Below are positions 1 through 12,666 of a stretch of 64,000 bases of DNA, piece by piece. The DNA lies in contig OX597820.1 in the NCBI GenBank assembly GCA_951406725.2, forward strand, positions 122,760,001 through 122,824,000, in the 5' to 3' direction. The position numbers were made by a program, and so were the translations under genes. This stretch comes from Octopus vulgaris. Taxonomy: Eukaryota. How positions within the stretch are numbered: position 1 is the stretch's first letter; the number at the start of each line of letters is the position of its first letter. Under the pieces are notes generated by a model. That model had not been told where the DNA came from. It worked only from the letters and a program-made list of their open reading frames with translations, and made no database searches.

Positions 1-220
1 AGAGGCAGGTCCATACCGAACGACAGTGTCGTTGGACACCTGACGGAATGTTAAATTGTTCGGGGTTTGGTTGGTTCCAGATCTCCAAGTGGACAAGAAC
101 TGAGAAGAGATCACAAGCAGGGTGGTGGCCAATCAAACCCAGAAATAAGGTGAGAAAAAGCTGTCCCTGAGGGGTCGGGTGGCGGTGGAAAATGCGTACA
201 ACGCATCCATCATATATTAC

Positions 221-449
221 TTATTTCTTTATTATCCACAAGGGGCTAAACAGAGAGGACGAACAAGGACAGACAAACGGATTAAGTCGATCATATCGAC
301 CCCAGTGCGTAACTGTACTTATTTAATCGACCCCGAAAGAATGAAAGGCAAAGTCGACCTCGGCGGAATTTGAACTCAGAACGTAACGGCAGACGAAATA
401 CGGCTACGCATTTCGCCCGGCGCGCTAACGTTTCTGCCAGCTCGCCGCC
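221..449 (-). mobile_element. tRNA-derived SINE, family C (head GGCGGCGAGCTGGCAGAAACG)
   Basis: Minus-strand head with B-box-like GAGTTCAAATTCC. Direct repeat ATCATATATTAC at 209-220 and 450-461 (TSD). Many copies elsewhere in the window. Confidence 0.9.
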
Positions 450-679
450 ATCATATATTACCGCCTGACCGTTGTTCCTTGCCCTGCATCGTGGTTGATT
501 AAGCTGGAAGGGACAGGTTCCGCTTTGTCAGAAGGTCTATTTGTTGTCAGCATCCGCTGTGAGGCAGTTTGGGGAATACCGTGGTTAATGATGCTCAAGC
601 AAGCGCTGAGAATGCATCATCTCCAGCGATATCTTATCAGTGAACAGGAGTGGTCACAGTTTGATCCCTGCTGCTTCCA

Positions 680-838
680 TATATGAAGACAGGGCGGTTA
701 GCACCAAGTGTCTCCAAGTGCTCCCAGCTTTCAATCAGTCATAGACTACTATAGGGAATTAGTGGAGGGCAACAGCCACGACGTTCCGGGGGAATCTCTA
801 TCTATTGCAGATGAGCAATTGGCTGGTCTATTCCGGAG
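680..838 (-). mobile_element. possible degenerate RTE-type LINE C-terminal fragment
   Basis: Broken minus-strand frames give NRPA..PPERRGC..WEHLETLGANR, loosely like the RGRP..W..LA.DR..W end of RTE ORFs. Weak. Confidence 0.25.
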
Positions 839-842
839 AAGG

Positions 843-1270
843 TTCTAACGTTGGCGATGTACTACGGTGCCAGCTGTTCACTAACAGTGAACTAAAGTAA
901 CACCAATTATTTGTCGAGCACCATCCGAAGTATTCGAGCGGTTCCAAGCAGTGCTGTTTTCTCCAAATGCTCCACCCTTATTGGAGCTCCTATTTATTCC
1001 ATGTACTTCTCAAGATTTTTGATCACTGTTCCCAGGGATCCGACAATTATTGGAGCTACTGCCACCTTATTCATCAACCACAACTGCTTAATCTCCCACG
1101 CTAACCTGTCATATCTATCAACTTTTCTTTCTTCCTTATCACATAACTTGTTGTCAGCTGGGAATGCTATATCTATGATCGTTTGCTCTTTTTCTCAATT
1201 AACACTGTCTAGCTTCCTATTCTCTATCTCATGGTCGCACTGAATCATAATCCCCATAGGATTATCATTT
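843..1270 (-). mobile_element. 3' end of R4/Dong-type (RLE) non-LTR retrotransposon
   Basis: Minus strand encodes ...PIIVGSLGTVIKNLEKYME*IGAPIRVEHLEKTALLGTARILRMVLDK*. Its 3' UTR is homologous to the units of the 30-32 kb array. Confidence 0.8.
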
Positions 1271-3130
1271 TCAATGATAACTAGATTGTAGGGTACTTCT
1301 AAGATTTTCATTTTTTTTATTCAGATTGGGTAATATTGAACCCAATGCTCCGATAACAATAGGGATAACCTTCATGTGTGACTCTCGTAGCTGCCACATC
1401 TTAGTCATCTCAATTCTCAGGACTTCATATTTACCATCTTTTTCTCTTTCTTTCCTGATGATGGGTTGATCTCGTGGCACTGCCACGTTAATCATTAGGC
1501 ACCCATGTTTGTCCCTCCTAAAGGTTACTATATCAGGCCTTCGGTGCTCTAAGGCTTTGTCTGTCTGGAAATCAAAGTCCCAGACGATTTTTGCCGTCCC
1601 CGTTTCGTCCATTACCTTTTCCAGTGTATTTTGGCACCAAGCACCCGTAACCTCATATCCATGCATACGGCATAGCAGCCAGTGAATGTTTTGGGTTACC
1701 TTGTCGTGTCTACGCTTGTACTTTTTCTGCGCAAGACTTTCAAAAGTACTAAGAATGTGAGTCACATTTTCGACCCTCTTACCACACACTCTGCAGAGGT
1801 CCGTTGCACTTGTGTGGCATATATTCTTTATCACTGAGTTGGTATTCAATGCCTGGTCCTGGGCCGCGATGGTTAGACTTCCAGTATTTTGTTTTAGGTC
1901 ACCCTTGTTGAGCCACCTCCATGATGCTTCCTGGTATTTTCATTTGTTAGTTTCACGGTGGAACTGACCATGTAATTCCATACGGAGTAGATTTTCTTCT
2001 GTATCGTTGGCTGTTCTTGTTTGGAATTCATGAACACTCACAATTGCATTTTTGTTAAATCCTTTTGCATTAGCAGCAGACTGTAGCAGGTCAAACATTC
2101 TGCCATGTTTCTTCTTTCACTGTTGATGCATTCCCGTACGCTAATCAGCTCACGTCCACCCTTACCTCTCTTCATATAGAGCCTGTGTACATTTGCCTTA
2201 CGGTGGAGGGCTCCATGCATCGTTATTGTCATTCGGGTAGTGCGATCGATTTGGTCAATCTCCGCTTGTGTCCATCTCAAAATGGGTGCACTATAGTAGA
2301 CTACAACAGCCCATATATCAATGGCAGTCACAAGGTCCCTTGAGTTGAGATTTGATATCAAGAGACGTTTGAGGCCTTTGAAATATGCAGTGGTGATCTT
2401 GTCTTTCATTTCTTTGTGAAAGATATTGTCCAGCTCCAGGATCCCACTGGACTTGTACCCATCACCATCTGGGTCTTCCATTCTCTCTCCTTTTAGCAAT
2501 GCTGTGCCCCTAAAATTTACTGTTTTCCCCCGCTTCAAAGTAAGCACTGCACACTTCGAGATACTGAATTCCATCCTTATATTCTTGCTGCACATTTCCA
2601 CAGTCTCAACCAGCCTCTCCAGTTCAGAATCTGTTTTTACGAACAGTTTTAAATTATCCATGAAGAGAAGGTGGTTGAGACAAGGTCCATTCTTTCTCAG
2701 TTCATATTGCACGTTGGTTTTACATAGGACACTAGAAAATGGGATCAAGGCTATAACAAATAACAGAGGTGAACAAGAGTCTCCTTGGAAGATACCTCTT
2801 CTGATTGCTACCTCGGCTAAGTGCTGGCTGTTACAGGAGAGACGGGTTTTCCAACTAGACATGCTACTCTTAATCAGTGCACACATGTTTACAGCTATTC
2901 CACACATGTCGGTTGTTTCCAAAACCCACGAACGCGACAAATCGTAAGTTTTATTTTTGAAGTCGTTCCAGGACATGCACATCTTTTAGTGGTACCGTTT
3001 ACAGTATGCCTGTCTATCAAGAGGTGGTCCTTGGTGCCCTCGGATCCTTTTCGGCATCCCTTTTGCTCTACTGGCAGCAGATTGCTTTCCGCAAAGAACC
3101 TGTATATTTTCCCCTCCGAGGGCAGCAGTT
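1271..3130 (-). mobile_element. degenerate R4/Dong-type non-LTR retrotransposon (RT, zinc knuckle, restriction-like endonuclease)
   Basis: ORF 2038-2982 has RT motifs IRRGIFQGDSCSPLLF and HLLFMDNLKLF. ORF 1271-1849 has CRVCG..ENVTHILS, RHDKV, RRPDIV and VIPIVIGALGSI. Frameshifts and stops are present. Confidence 0.9.
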
Positions 3131-3139
3131 GCAGGAGCT

Positions 3140-3183
<44 letters not shown>

Positions 3184-3255
3184 TGTTGTTGTTGTTGTTC
3201 TTATTATTATTAGTCTACACTAATTTGATATCAAAAGTTCTTCCTTTTTACTCAG

Positions 3256-3620
3256 ATAAAAATCATTTGTTAACCACCTGCTTTCTGCGGATTTTCACTA
3301 CTTCACCCATTCCCTCCTTGCCCCTCTCCTCTTATCTCCATCCCGTTTCTTCTTCTTCTTCTTCTTCTTCTTCTTCTTCTTCTTCTTCTTCTTCTTCTTC
3401 TTCTTCGCCTTCGCTTTTCGATGGCGTTGTCGTCATCATCATCATCATCATCATCATCATCTCATCGTCGTCGTCGTCGTCAACATGATCATGATCACCA
3501 TATTCTTATTCTCCTCCTCCTGCTCCTCTTCCTTTCTCGCTTCTGTTACGCCCCCCTCCCGCCCTTCTTTCTCACATCTTTTCTTCTCTATCATTCAAAT
3601 AATGATTTTTCCATTCCATT
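3256..3620 (+). repeat. ~350-bp segment, copy 1 (direct duplicate of 8796-9140)
   Basis: GATAAAAATCATTTGTTAACCACC...CATTCCATTT is near-identical in both places, including the internal TCT/TCA/TCG microsatellites. Confidence 0.9.
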
Positions 3621-3869
3621 TTAGCAACACGTTTAATGCAAACGAAATTGCTCAGGTGCCGGAGAATGTTGGAGAATTTGTTGAAAGAGAAACCAAAAAG
3701 CAGCAACAACAAAAATAGCAGCTATTTTAGTTGTTTTGCCAAGAAAACTTGAATAAAAATATACAGGAAAACGAAGAATCGGAGGAAAAGAAGGAAAGAA
3801 GGACAAACACATGCAAATCACGAACACACACACATACGTATATGGATGCATACTGAAAAACATGCACAC

Positions 3870-4023
3870 ATAAGTATATACATATATATATATATATACA
3901 TACATACATATATATATATACATACATACATATATACATACATACATACATATATACATACATACATACATATATACATACATACATATACATACATACA
4001 TATATATACATACATACATATAC

Positions 4024-4068
<45 letters not shown>

Positions 4069-4560
4069 CATACATGTATATATATATACATACATACATG
4101 TATATATATATACATACATATATATATATATATATATACATACATACATATATATATATATACATACATACATAAACATACATATATACATACATACATA
4201 AATACATACATACATACATACATAAATACATACATATATACATACATACATACATACATAAATACATACATACATACATACATATATATACATGTATATA
4301 TACATACATATATATATACATGTATATATACATACATATATATATACATATATATACATACATATATATATACATATATATACATACATATATATATACA
4401 TATATATACATACATATATACATACATATATACATACATACATATATACATATATATATATATACATATATATACATACATACACACATGCACACATACA
4501 TGCATACGAACATTCACACATACATACATACATAAATGCATGCTCGCATACATACACACG
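3870..4560. repeat. (TACA)n/(TA)n compound microsatellite
   Basis: Directly visible. It generates the spurious Y/I/M/C/V ORFs. Confidence 0.95.
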
Positions 4561-4931
4561 GGAATACACACTGTTATTACTGTAGCAGACAGATACCAGG
4601 AATTTCTGATATAGTTTGAAGGACAAACGTCTTCCGATCGGGTACGCATGGGGAATATAATGACCGCAGCACTTAACTGGCAATTATTTGATTAAATATC
4701 AGGGAAAAAATGAAGATGGAAGGTAATTTAGAGGGTGGTGGGTTTCATTCAGAGCATCACGTGACATAAATCTATAAAAACACTGCAGCTGCGCCCTCTA
4801 CCTCTTCTCTAACTTTGTTACCCGCCATAACATCGAAATTAAACTTGTAACTTTCCGCGTTATTGCAATCAACTGCAATGATTGTAAGAAAGAAAGGTAA
4901 AAATAGAAAGAAAGAAAGAAGAAATGAAGAT

Positions 4932-5097
4932 AGGCGCAGGAGTGGCTGTGTGGTAAGTAGCTTGTTTACCAACCACATGGTTCTGGGTTCAGTCCCACTG
5001 CGTGGCATCTTGGGCAAGTGTATTCTACTATAGCCTCGGGCCGACCAAAGCCTTGTGAGTGGATTTGGTAGGCGGAAACTGAAAGAAGCCCGTCGTA

Positions 5098-5162
<65 letters not shown>

Positions 5163-5380
5163 GTGTGTTTGTGTGTCTGTGTTTGTCCCCATAGCAACCG
5201 ATGCTGGTGTGTTTATGTTCCCGTTACTTAGCGGTTCGGCAAAAGAGACCGATAAAATAAGTACTGGGCTTACAAAAGAATAAGTCCCGGGGTCGAGTTG
5301 CTCGATTAAAGGCGGTGCTCCAGCATGGCCGCAATCAAATGACTGAAACAAGTAAAAGAGTAAAGAGTAAAAAGAGTAAA
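4932..5380 (+). mobile_element. tRNA-derived SINE, family A (head GGCGCAGGAGTGGCTGTGTGGTAAG, internal TA/TG microsatellite)
   Basis: A/B-box-like head, CORE-like CTTGGGCAAGTG segment and tail CAAGTAAAAGAGTAAAGAG. Several copies in the window. Confidence 0.9.
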
Positions 5381-5903
5381 GAAAGAAAGAAAGAAAAAAG
5401 AAAGGAAGAAAGAAAGAAGACCTAAACTTGGACGAGATAAGATCTCTTGCTCGTCACCGCGTCCCATTTCTTCTCCGCCTACAGTTCTGTAGCAGAGGAA
5501 TTTAACCGGTGCATTCATCCAGCGAGGTACGATATTGCTGGATACCAACGTCCTGTGTGACATGGTGTCGAGTTGCGTTATTTGAATGACTTCCATATTT
5601 GGCGGAATCCCGTTCCTGGTGTAACGTGTTTAATGCTTGTATATTGGTATATGTGACCAAGTTAGTCTTTATTGTTTGTGTTTATGGTTGTATAATTGAT
5701 GAATTTCTCTTTTACTTCGTGTTCGAGGAATGTGTTCTGACTGTTAGAGTGTGTTGTATTTCATTGTGCTTGTGAGAGTTGTGTCTGTGATATACGGTTG
5801 TAGTGACGGTAATGAGCATAATGATGTTCATAAAACTGGTGTAGATTCCGTTGAGGGTGATAATGATGAATCGTCTCTTGAAGGCTCTTCCCCCACGTGT
5901 TCG

Positions 5904-6667
5904 TACTCTCTCTCTTTTTTTACTCTTTTACTTGTGAAGGCGCATGGCTCAGTGGTTAGAGCGTCGAGCTTACGATCGTGAGGTTGTGAGCTCGAATCCC
6001 GGACCGGGCTGCGTGTTGTGTTCTTGAGCAAGGCACTTTATTTCACGTTGCTCCAGTTCACTCAGCTGTAGAAATGAGTTGCGACGTCACTGGTGCCAAG
6101 CTGTATCGGCCCCTTTGCCTTTCCCTTGGATAACACTGGTGGCGTGGAGAGGGGAGGCTGGTATGCATGGGCAACTGCTGGTCTTCCATAAACAACCTTG
6201 CCCGGACTTGTATCTAGGAGGGTAACTTTCTAGGTGCAATCCCATGGTCATTCATGACCGAAGGGGGTCTTTACCCTTTACTTGTTTCAGTCATTTGACT
6301 GCGGCTATGCTGGAGCACCGCCTTTGATCGAGCAACTCGACCCTGGGACTTATTCTTTTGTAAGCCCAGTACTTATTCTATCGGTATCTTATGCCGAACC
6401 GCTAAGTAACGGGGACATAAACACACCAGCATCGGTTGTCAAGCAATGCTAGGGGGACAAACACAGACACACAAACACACACACGCACATATATATATAC
6501 ATATATACGACGGGCTTCTTTCAGTTTCCGTCTACCAAATCCACTCACAAGGCTTTGGTCGGCCCGAGGCTATAGTAGAAAACACTTGCCCAAGGTGCCA
6601 CGCAGTGGAACTGAACCCGGAGCCATGTGGTTGGTAAACAAGCTACTTACCACACAGCCACTCCTGT
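5904..6667 (-). mobile_element. SINE family A, interrupted by a family B SINE
   Basis: Reverse complement of the 4932-5380 element. Tail at 5904-5935 and the remainder at 6277-6667. Confidence 0.88.
5936..6276 (+). mobile_element. tRNA-derived SINE, family B (head GGCGCATGGCTCAGTGGTTAGAGCG)
   Basis: A box TGGCTCAGTGG and B-box-like GCTCGAATCCC. TSD TTTACTTGT at 5927-5935 and 6277-6285. Confidence 0.88.
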
Positions 6668-7289
6668 ACCTCTCACATTCTTTTGGATTATTTTTGTTTC
6701 GTTATTTCTTTATTTTCTAAACCATTTCTTACTGTTTGCTATTTAGGGACCTCACCATCACCTAGACCTAGAGCACATCTGTGATGTGAGTTGGGAAGAA
6801 GCATGTCTTAAAAGATCTACAGAATTGCTCCCTTGATATAACTGATGTTGTTATCGGATTCTTTTGCAGTTGCCTTAGCTGTCCTTTCTGATGAGGTGGT
6901 CGTTGATGGCAGTATAATTTTTGCTGGCCCAGTTGATATAGAAGCTACTTCAAGTCTTTTATCTGGGGGTGCCGTTACTGTTGCTGCCGGTTCTATTCTT
7001 GCTGCTGTTTCTGCGACAGTTGCTTTCCCAGTCACTACCTTTCATGTTTTCATTGCTATTGGGACTGCATCCTGCTGGTAGTGCTGCTTTCACTTTTGCT
7101 AGTGGTCGTGTTGCTGAAGTGATGATGTTGTCCGCAGAAATAGTGACCTTCTATCCCTTCTTTGCTGTGGACAGAAACCCTTATGATGCTTGTCTCACCA
7201 CGAAACTAACACACCCGCCTTCAGCCTTAAACGGTTACACACATGCTTTTGTGCCGTCTGACAGATTAATCAGGTCAGGGTTGGACTCT

Positions 7290-8473
7290 GTACTTCTCGA
7301 TCTGTTTGGATCAACAGTTACACCCGATGCTTTTTCCTGCAACTGGCGCTTCTTCGAAATCTACATTTCAACTCCGGCGAGAACCAGGATGACAGGCTCC
7401 ACAAAATACACTCTATCGTTGACGAAGTGGCTGAAAATTTCAGAACGGTGTATGTCCCCTCATAGGACGTTTGTACAGACGAGAGTTCGTGGAAATTTAA
7501 GGGAAGGTTCCGATTCAAACAACCCAACCCCACCAAACGTACTCGCTTTGCAGTCAAGATTTATAAAGAATGCCAGTCAACTGGCAGAGCCTGTGGGTAC
7601 ACTTGAAATTACAAAATCTACACTGGTCAGGACAGATTGGATCTTCCAGCGTCTACTTTATTGTCAACTGATGTCGTGGTGTCGCCGAATGAAAACTTGT
7701 TTGACAAAGGCTACAATATTTATATGGACGATTGGTTTTCTAGTCCAGACCTCTTCATGCAGCTGCAGGTACTGTGAGGACGCACAGGAAAAAACATGCC
7801 ATCCGATCTTCACAAGATAAAAACTTCGAAAGAGGGAAAGAGTGTACCGATGCACCGATAGTGGCATTCTCGCTCTAGAGTGGCGTGACAAGGAAAAACG
7901 TCTGCATGTTATCCACAATGCATTCTGCAAGTATGAAGGACGCTTGGAAATAAGATGCGCACGGTAATACCGTAATGAAACCGAGAGTTGTTTCATACAA
8001 GGAAGGGATGGGCGGGGTCGATCGCTCAGATCAGCTAGCGATGACACATATATCGTTGAGAAAACTTGTGAAATGGTAGAAAACAATTTTCTTGTGTATA
8101 GTTAACATGTGTGTCGTAAACACCCGCTTGATTTGATAGATGTTTGGCGGTTTGGGGTATGGATTGACTTTCAGGAATCTATTGTTCCGTGAAATGGTAG
8201 AAGCATCAGACCTGCCACAGTACAGAACGCGTGGATGTCCCAACGCCGGACTCACTCTTCACTGCATAGTGAAGGGATGTAGACATTTTGCACGACTGTT
8301 CCCCCACCACCACCACCACCACCACCGCCAAGAAAACAAATGCTTCAAAGAGATGCACAGTATGTAAAGCAAAAAGGAAACGTAAGGAATGTAGATACCA
8401 ATGTTTACAATGTGATATGCCACTGTTCGTGGGGCCCTGTTTTGAACTCTATCACACTAAAGTTAATTTCTGA
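7290..8473 (+). pseudogene. piggyBac (PGBD4-like) transposase pseudogene
   Basis: Fragmented frames give WKFKGRFRFKQ, PTKRTRFAVKIY, YKIYTG, GYNIYMDDWFSSPDLF, GMGGVDRSDQL and the C-terminal cysteine-rich domain RCTVC..CRYQCLQCDMPLFVGPCFELYHT. Confidence 0.88.
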
Positions 8474-8795
8474 ATTCATGTGATTGTAAATACATGAAGT
8501 TGATCTGACTTGTGCTGTCGAGTGATCTTGTTCAGGAATAATATTGCATGAGTGACCTGCACAGAGATATACTTCAGGTAAATAAACAATACTTGCACAA
8601 AAGCGGTTGGCGTAAAAATACGCCGAACGTTATCTCGCACTGAGAGCTGACCTCAATCGGTGCAATGACCGTTGCTGCGCACAGGCAACCGAATGAATCA
8701 TCGCCGTTAACTGGTTAAAGCGGCTGATGTAAATATACGCCGAATCATTGTCGTGAGCTAATTGCTGATCTCAATAGACATGATTACCGTCAATG

Positions 8796-9140
8796 ATAAA
8801 AATCATTTGTTAACCACCTGCTTTCTGCGGATTTTCACTACTTCATCCACTCCCTCCTTGCCCCTCTCCTCTTATCTCAATCACGTTTCTTCTTCTTCTT
8901 CTTCTTCTTCTTCTTCTTCTTCTTCGCTTTTCGTTGCCGTTGTCGTCGTCGTCATCATCATCATCGTCTCATCGTCGTCGTCGTCGTCGTCGTGGTCGTC
9001 AACATGATCATGATCACCATATTCTTATTCTCTTCCTCCTCCTCCTCTTCCTTTCTCGCCTCTGTTATGCCCCCCCCGCCCTTCTTTCTCACATCTTTTC
9101 TTCTCTATCATTCAAATAATGATTTTTCCATTCCATTTAC
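8796..9140 (+). repeat. ~350-bp segment, copy 2 (duplicate of 3256-3620)
   Basis: Near-identical direct repeat with different microsatellite lengths. Confidence 0.9.
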
Positions 9141-9330
9141 AAGCCAAAATAATAAGAAGAATGGAGTGCAACGTTTATCTAAGTTGGGAAATTTAAAGGG
9201 AACGTAGACCCTACAAAATGGGATGAAAAGGTCAATCCCATCGACATAGGTATAAAATATCAGGCAATCTATCCATCACTGTTGAGTTTGGTTTCAATTA
9301 ATTTTACGTCGATTCCGACATTATATTCAA

Positions 9331-9620
9331 CACTTTTATTGATTAAGTCACATGACTTGCTGAAAATGTAAGGAGATTGAAATAGAATGCCTGGTAGAGT
9401 TACTCTTCATCAAGAAGTTTCTTTCGTCAGGCAATTATTTTTCAATGTAAACGTTATGATAAGAGAGCGCGTGTTGTGAGAGAAAGGTTATGGAGGGTGG
9501 AGAAAATCGAGAAATAAACAGAAAATCAGATCAAACCTGAGTATAGCCAAAATAATAATGCATGTGTGTGTATGTGTGTACATTTATGTGTATTTGCATA
9601 TGGATATGTATTCAACTATA

Positions 9621-9663
<43 letters not shown>

Positions 9664-10190
9664 ACATTCATACAAATATATATGTATACATATACACACG
9701 TACATATACTGTTGAGTTTGTGTATTCATATAAAAGCATATTTTGTCGATATCCGATGCATTTATTCACACACTTTTATTGATTAAGTCACATGACTTGC
9801 TGAAAATGTAAGTTTATTGACTTTTACAGCTGTTTACTCTTCATCAATTTCATTTTCTTTCGTCAGGCAATTATTTTTCAATGTAAACGTTATGATAAGA
9901 GAGCGCGTGTTGGGTGAGAGAAAGGTAAGATGGAGGGTGGAGAAAAGAGAAATACAGAAAATCAGATAAGAGTATAGAAAATAACAATGCATGTGTGTGT
10001 ATGTGTGTACATTTATGTGTATTTGCATATGGATATGTATTCAACTATATTTATATGTACATATATATATATATATATATACACACATTCATACAAATAT
10101 ATATGTATACATATACACACGTACATATACTTGCGTTTGTGTATTCATATAAAAGCATATTTTGTTATATATGCATTTATTCACACCCAT
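9331..10190 (+). repeat. ~440-bp tandem duplication (2 copies)
   Basis: CACTTTTATTGATTAAGTCACATGACTTGCTGAAAATGTAAG starts at 9331 and 9771. The downstream sequence is colinear with many small indels. Confidence 0.88.
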
Positions 10191-10382
10191 ACTCACATAT
10201 ACATCACGAAGATCACATCCATGACTATACATACATATATACACACATTTGATGATATATACCTCCCAATGGATGAAGTACTGTCTATTTCTATCCATAC
10301 CTTTATGTAACATGTGGCATAATTGTAAACAGGGCAAACTTTAGCCATTTCTCTGCAGACTGAAAAAATGATGAACAACCTC

Positions 10383-10457
<75 letters not shown>

Positions 10458-10835
10458 TGGACACTGCAGTTCTTGAATTGTTGCGTTCTGTGAAATGGCA
10501 CGCCATTCCTTGAAACAGCTGTGGTGGTTGAGGTGGAGGAATTGGGTGTTACAATCATTTGCTTAGAAATTTGCATATATAATGCATTCTTAGCAGTTAT
10601 CTTCATTCATAAATTATTGGTGCGGTTACTCCATAATATATGTATATGTATGCTTATATATATATCTATATCTATGAATCTATTCATCTATCTAAACACA
10701 TACATATATATATATATATTCATAAACATATGTACGCATAAACACAATTTCACATACACACACACACGCACGTACACACGCGAACACACATGCACACACA
10801 CACACACACACACATATATAATCTCTCTCTCTCTC

Positions 10836-10874
<39 letters not shown>

Positions 10875-11372
10875 CCAACTATACTTCAGTATGAGTGTGT
10901 ACGTATGTATTTGCATGTGAATGCTTCCGTGTACATTTCCGTGCTATGCCCGTACCAGGTTTCTGAATTGAAAAGTTGATCCTGTTGCAAATGTGTAACC
11001 AGGATTCAATAATGGCATAAATGGAAGCTATTTATGTCTATCAGTTATGATTGAAGAGATAGAGAACAATGATTTATTCGTAAACTATTTTCTCGAATAC
11101 ATTCAACGCAAGCTAACACACACAGAATAATTTAAGATGGAAAAAAAAAAGTTCCTTTGAACTTTCTCCACATGTTAAAGCTCCCAATCTTCCCTGACCT
11201 TTCATGTCAGCTACAAATCTATAACATTGTCAATAATCTAAGTTAAAAACTTCGTTTCCATTTCAAATTCGGAATTCTTTTCATTGCTGAACAGTTGCTC
11301 ACACAATCGGCAAGAGTCGAGTACATTACTAATTAAGGCAACAGTTTTGTTGCTAATATTTAGCTGTCACAA

Positions 11373-11565
11373 AGCGGTGAGCTTGCAGAAGCGTTAGCAG
11401 GCCGGACAAAATGCTTAGCGGCAGTTCATCCGTCTTGGTGTTCTGAGTTCAAATTCCAACGACGTTGACTTTACCTTTCATACACTCGAGGTCGATAAAA
11501 CAAGTACCAGTTGACTTTTCCCTTTCCCTGAAATTGCTGACCTTGTACCAAAGTTTGAAACCAAT
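11373..11565 (+). mobile_element. diverged SINE family C copy
   Basis: AGCGGTGAGCTTGCAGAAGCGTTAGC...GAGTTCAAATTCC matches the family C head. Confidence 0.75.
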
Positions 11566-11706
11566 ACTTAGCTGCCAGTTCAATCGTCATCAACGTGATC
11601 ACGAGATATATGTATATATATATACAGACACAGATACATTTACATATGTATGTATGTATGAATACAAGTTATTGCAACGTGACTGGAATCTGTGAGGGTA
11701 AAGAAG

Positions 11707-12113
11707 GGATCTTTTCGGTTTGAACGGCAGTTTTTTCTAGCGGCGTCATGAAATTGCCACTCATAATTATGACCTTAGTATCGATCTATTGCATTTCAAT
11801 CTCTTTTAGGGTTAGGGGTGGGGGAAGGGTATATTTTTTTCTTCACAAATGTAAATAAACCCAATCTGTTTCTTAAACGAGGGACATATTCATACGGCAC
11901 AGAATGTGTTTTTACCTCAATAGACGTATTTGATTGGTTGAAATTGCAGAAATTTAAGAAAAAACAACAAATATCTTACAAACTATAGAATTTTCTCAAT
12001 AAAGCCAAGAGAAAAAGATGTTTTATAAACACATTCTACCAGTATACGAAGTTTAAAGTTTTTTAGTTACCTAGAAATTACGTTAAAAACTGCCGTTCCA
12101 ACTGAAAAGATCC
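11707..12113. mobile_element. MITE with ~30-bp TIRs (GGATCTTTTCGGTTTGAACGGCAG), 8-bp TSD, possibly Merlin-like
   Basis: TIRs at both ends. TSD TAAAGAAG at 11699-11706 and 12114-12121. GG...CC termini. Confidence 0.85.
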
Positions 12114-12363
12114 TAAAGAAGAATTAGGAAATTAATTTTTAAATCTAAATACCAAAAATGGTACTTCCACAATGAAGTTGTGTTGCTTGTAGAATATATC
12201 GAGATAAATTTTTTTACTCCAATGTTTTTATTTCTGCGTTTTAACTGGAGCTTGCTTGAAAGAATCTGATGATTAATTTTATTTTAAAGTTTCTACTTTG
12301 TTTAACATCGTTAGAGAAATATATCTCGTTGTAAATTACCCGAGTGTCAGGTACAATCAATAT

Positions 12364-12666
12364 CACCGTGATCACCGTGACTGACCAGGCTATCAGATGT
12401 TGCTCCACAACGCTGGTCACAATGCGCTTCGCTTGTCACAAATGACGCCACCCCGCTGGCTAAGCGAGCAGGCCAACAGAAGAAAGAGTGAGAGAAAGTT
12501 GTGGCGAAAGAGTTCAGCAGGGATCACCACCGCCCCCTGCCAGAGCCTCGTGGAGCTTGAGGTGTTTTCGCTCAATAAACATTCACAACGCCCGGTTTGG
12601 GAATCGAAACCGCGATCCTACGACCGTGAGTCCGCTGCCCTAACCACTGGGCCATTGCACCTCCAC
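12364..12666 (-). mobile_element. tRNA-derived SINE, family D (head GTGGAGGTGCAATGGCCCAGTGGTTAGGGC)
   Basis: A box TGGCCCAGTGG and B box GGTTTCGATTCCC on the minus strand. TSD TACAATCAATAT at 12352-12363 and 12667-12678. Confidence 0.88.

Larger units (their letters stand above)
5506..8790 (+). mobile_element. piggyBac DNA transposon relic (boundaries uncertain) containing nested SINEs
   Basis: Transposase remnants at 7290-8473. TTAA at 5502-5505 and 8715-8718 with only a weak terminal match (CCGGT vs CCAGT). Subterminal repeats near 8617-8670 and 8733-8790. Confidence 0.6.

Noticed and set aside
3633-4683. Long 230-340 aa ORFs
   Set aside because: These are translations of TACA/TA microsatellite. 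The same applies to similar ORFs at 18.7-20.6, 26, 43, 46, 54 and 56 kb.
5936-6010. tRNA gene
   Set aside because: The tRNA-like head continues into a SINE body with a TSD. The same holds for the heads at about 12.6 kb and 61.1 kb.
6969-7820. 283-aa ORF as a host gene
   Set aside because: It overlaps the decayed piggyBac transposase and is mostly out of the transposase frame.
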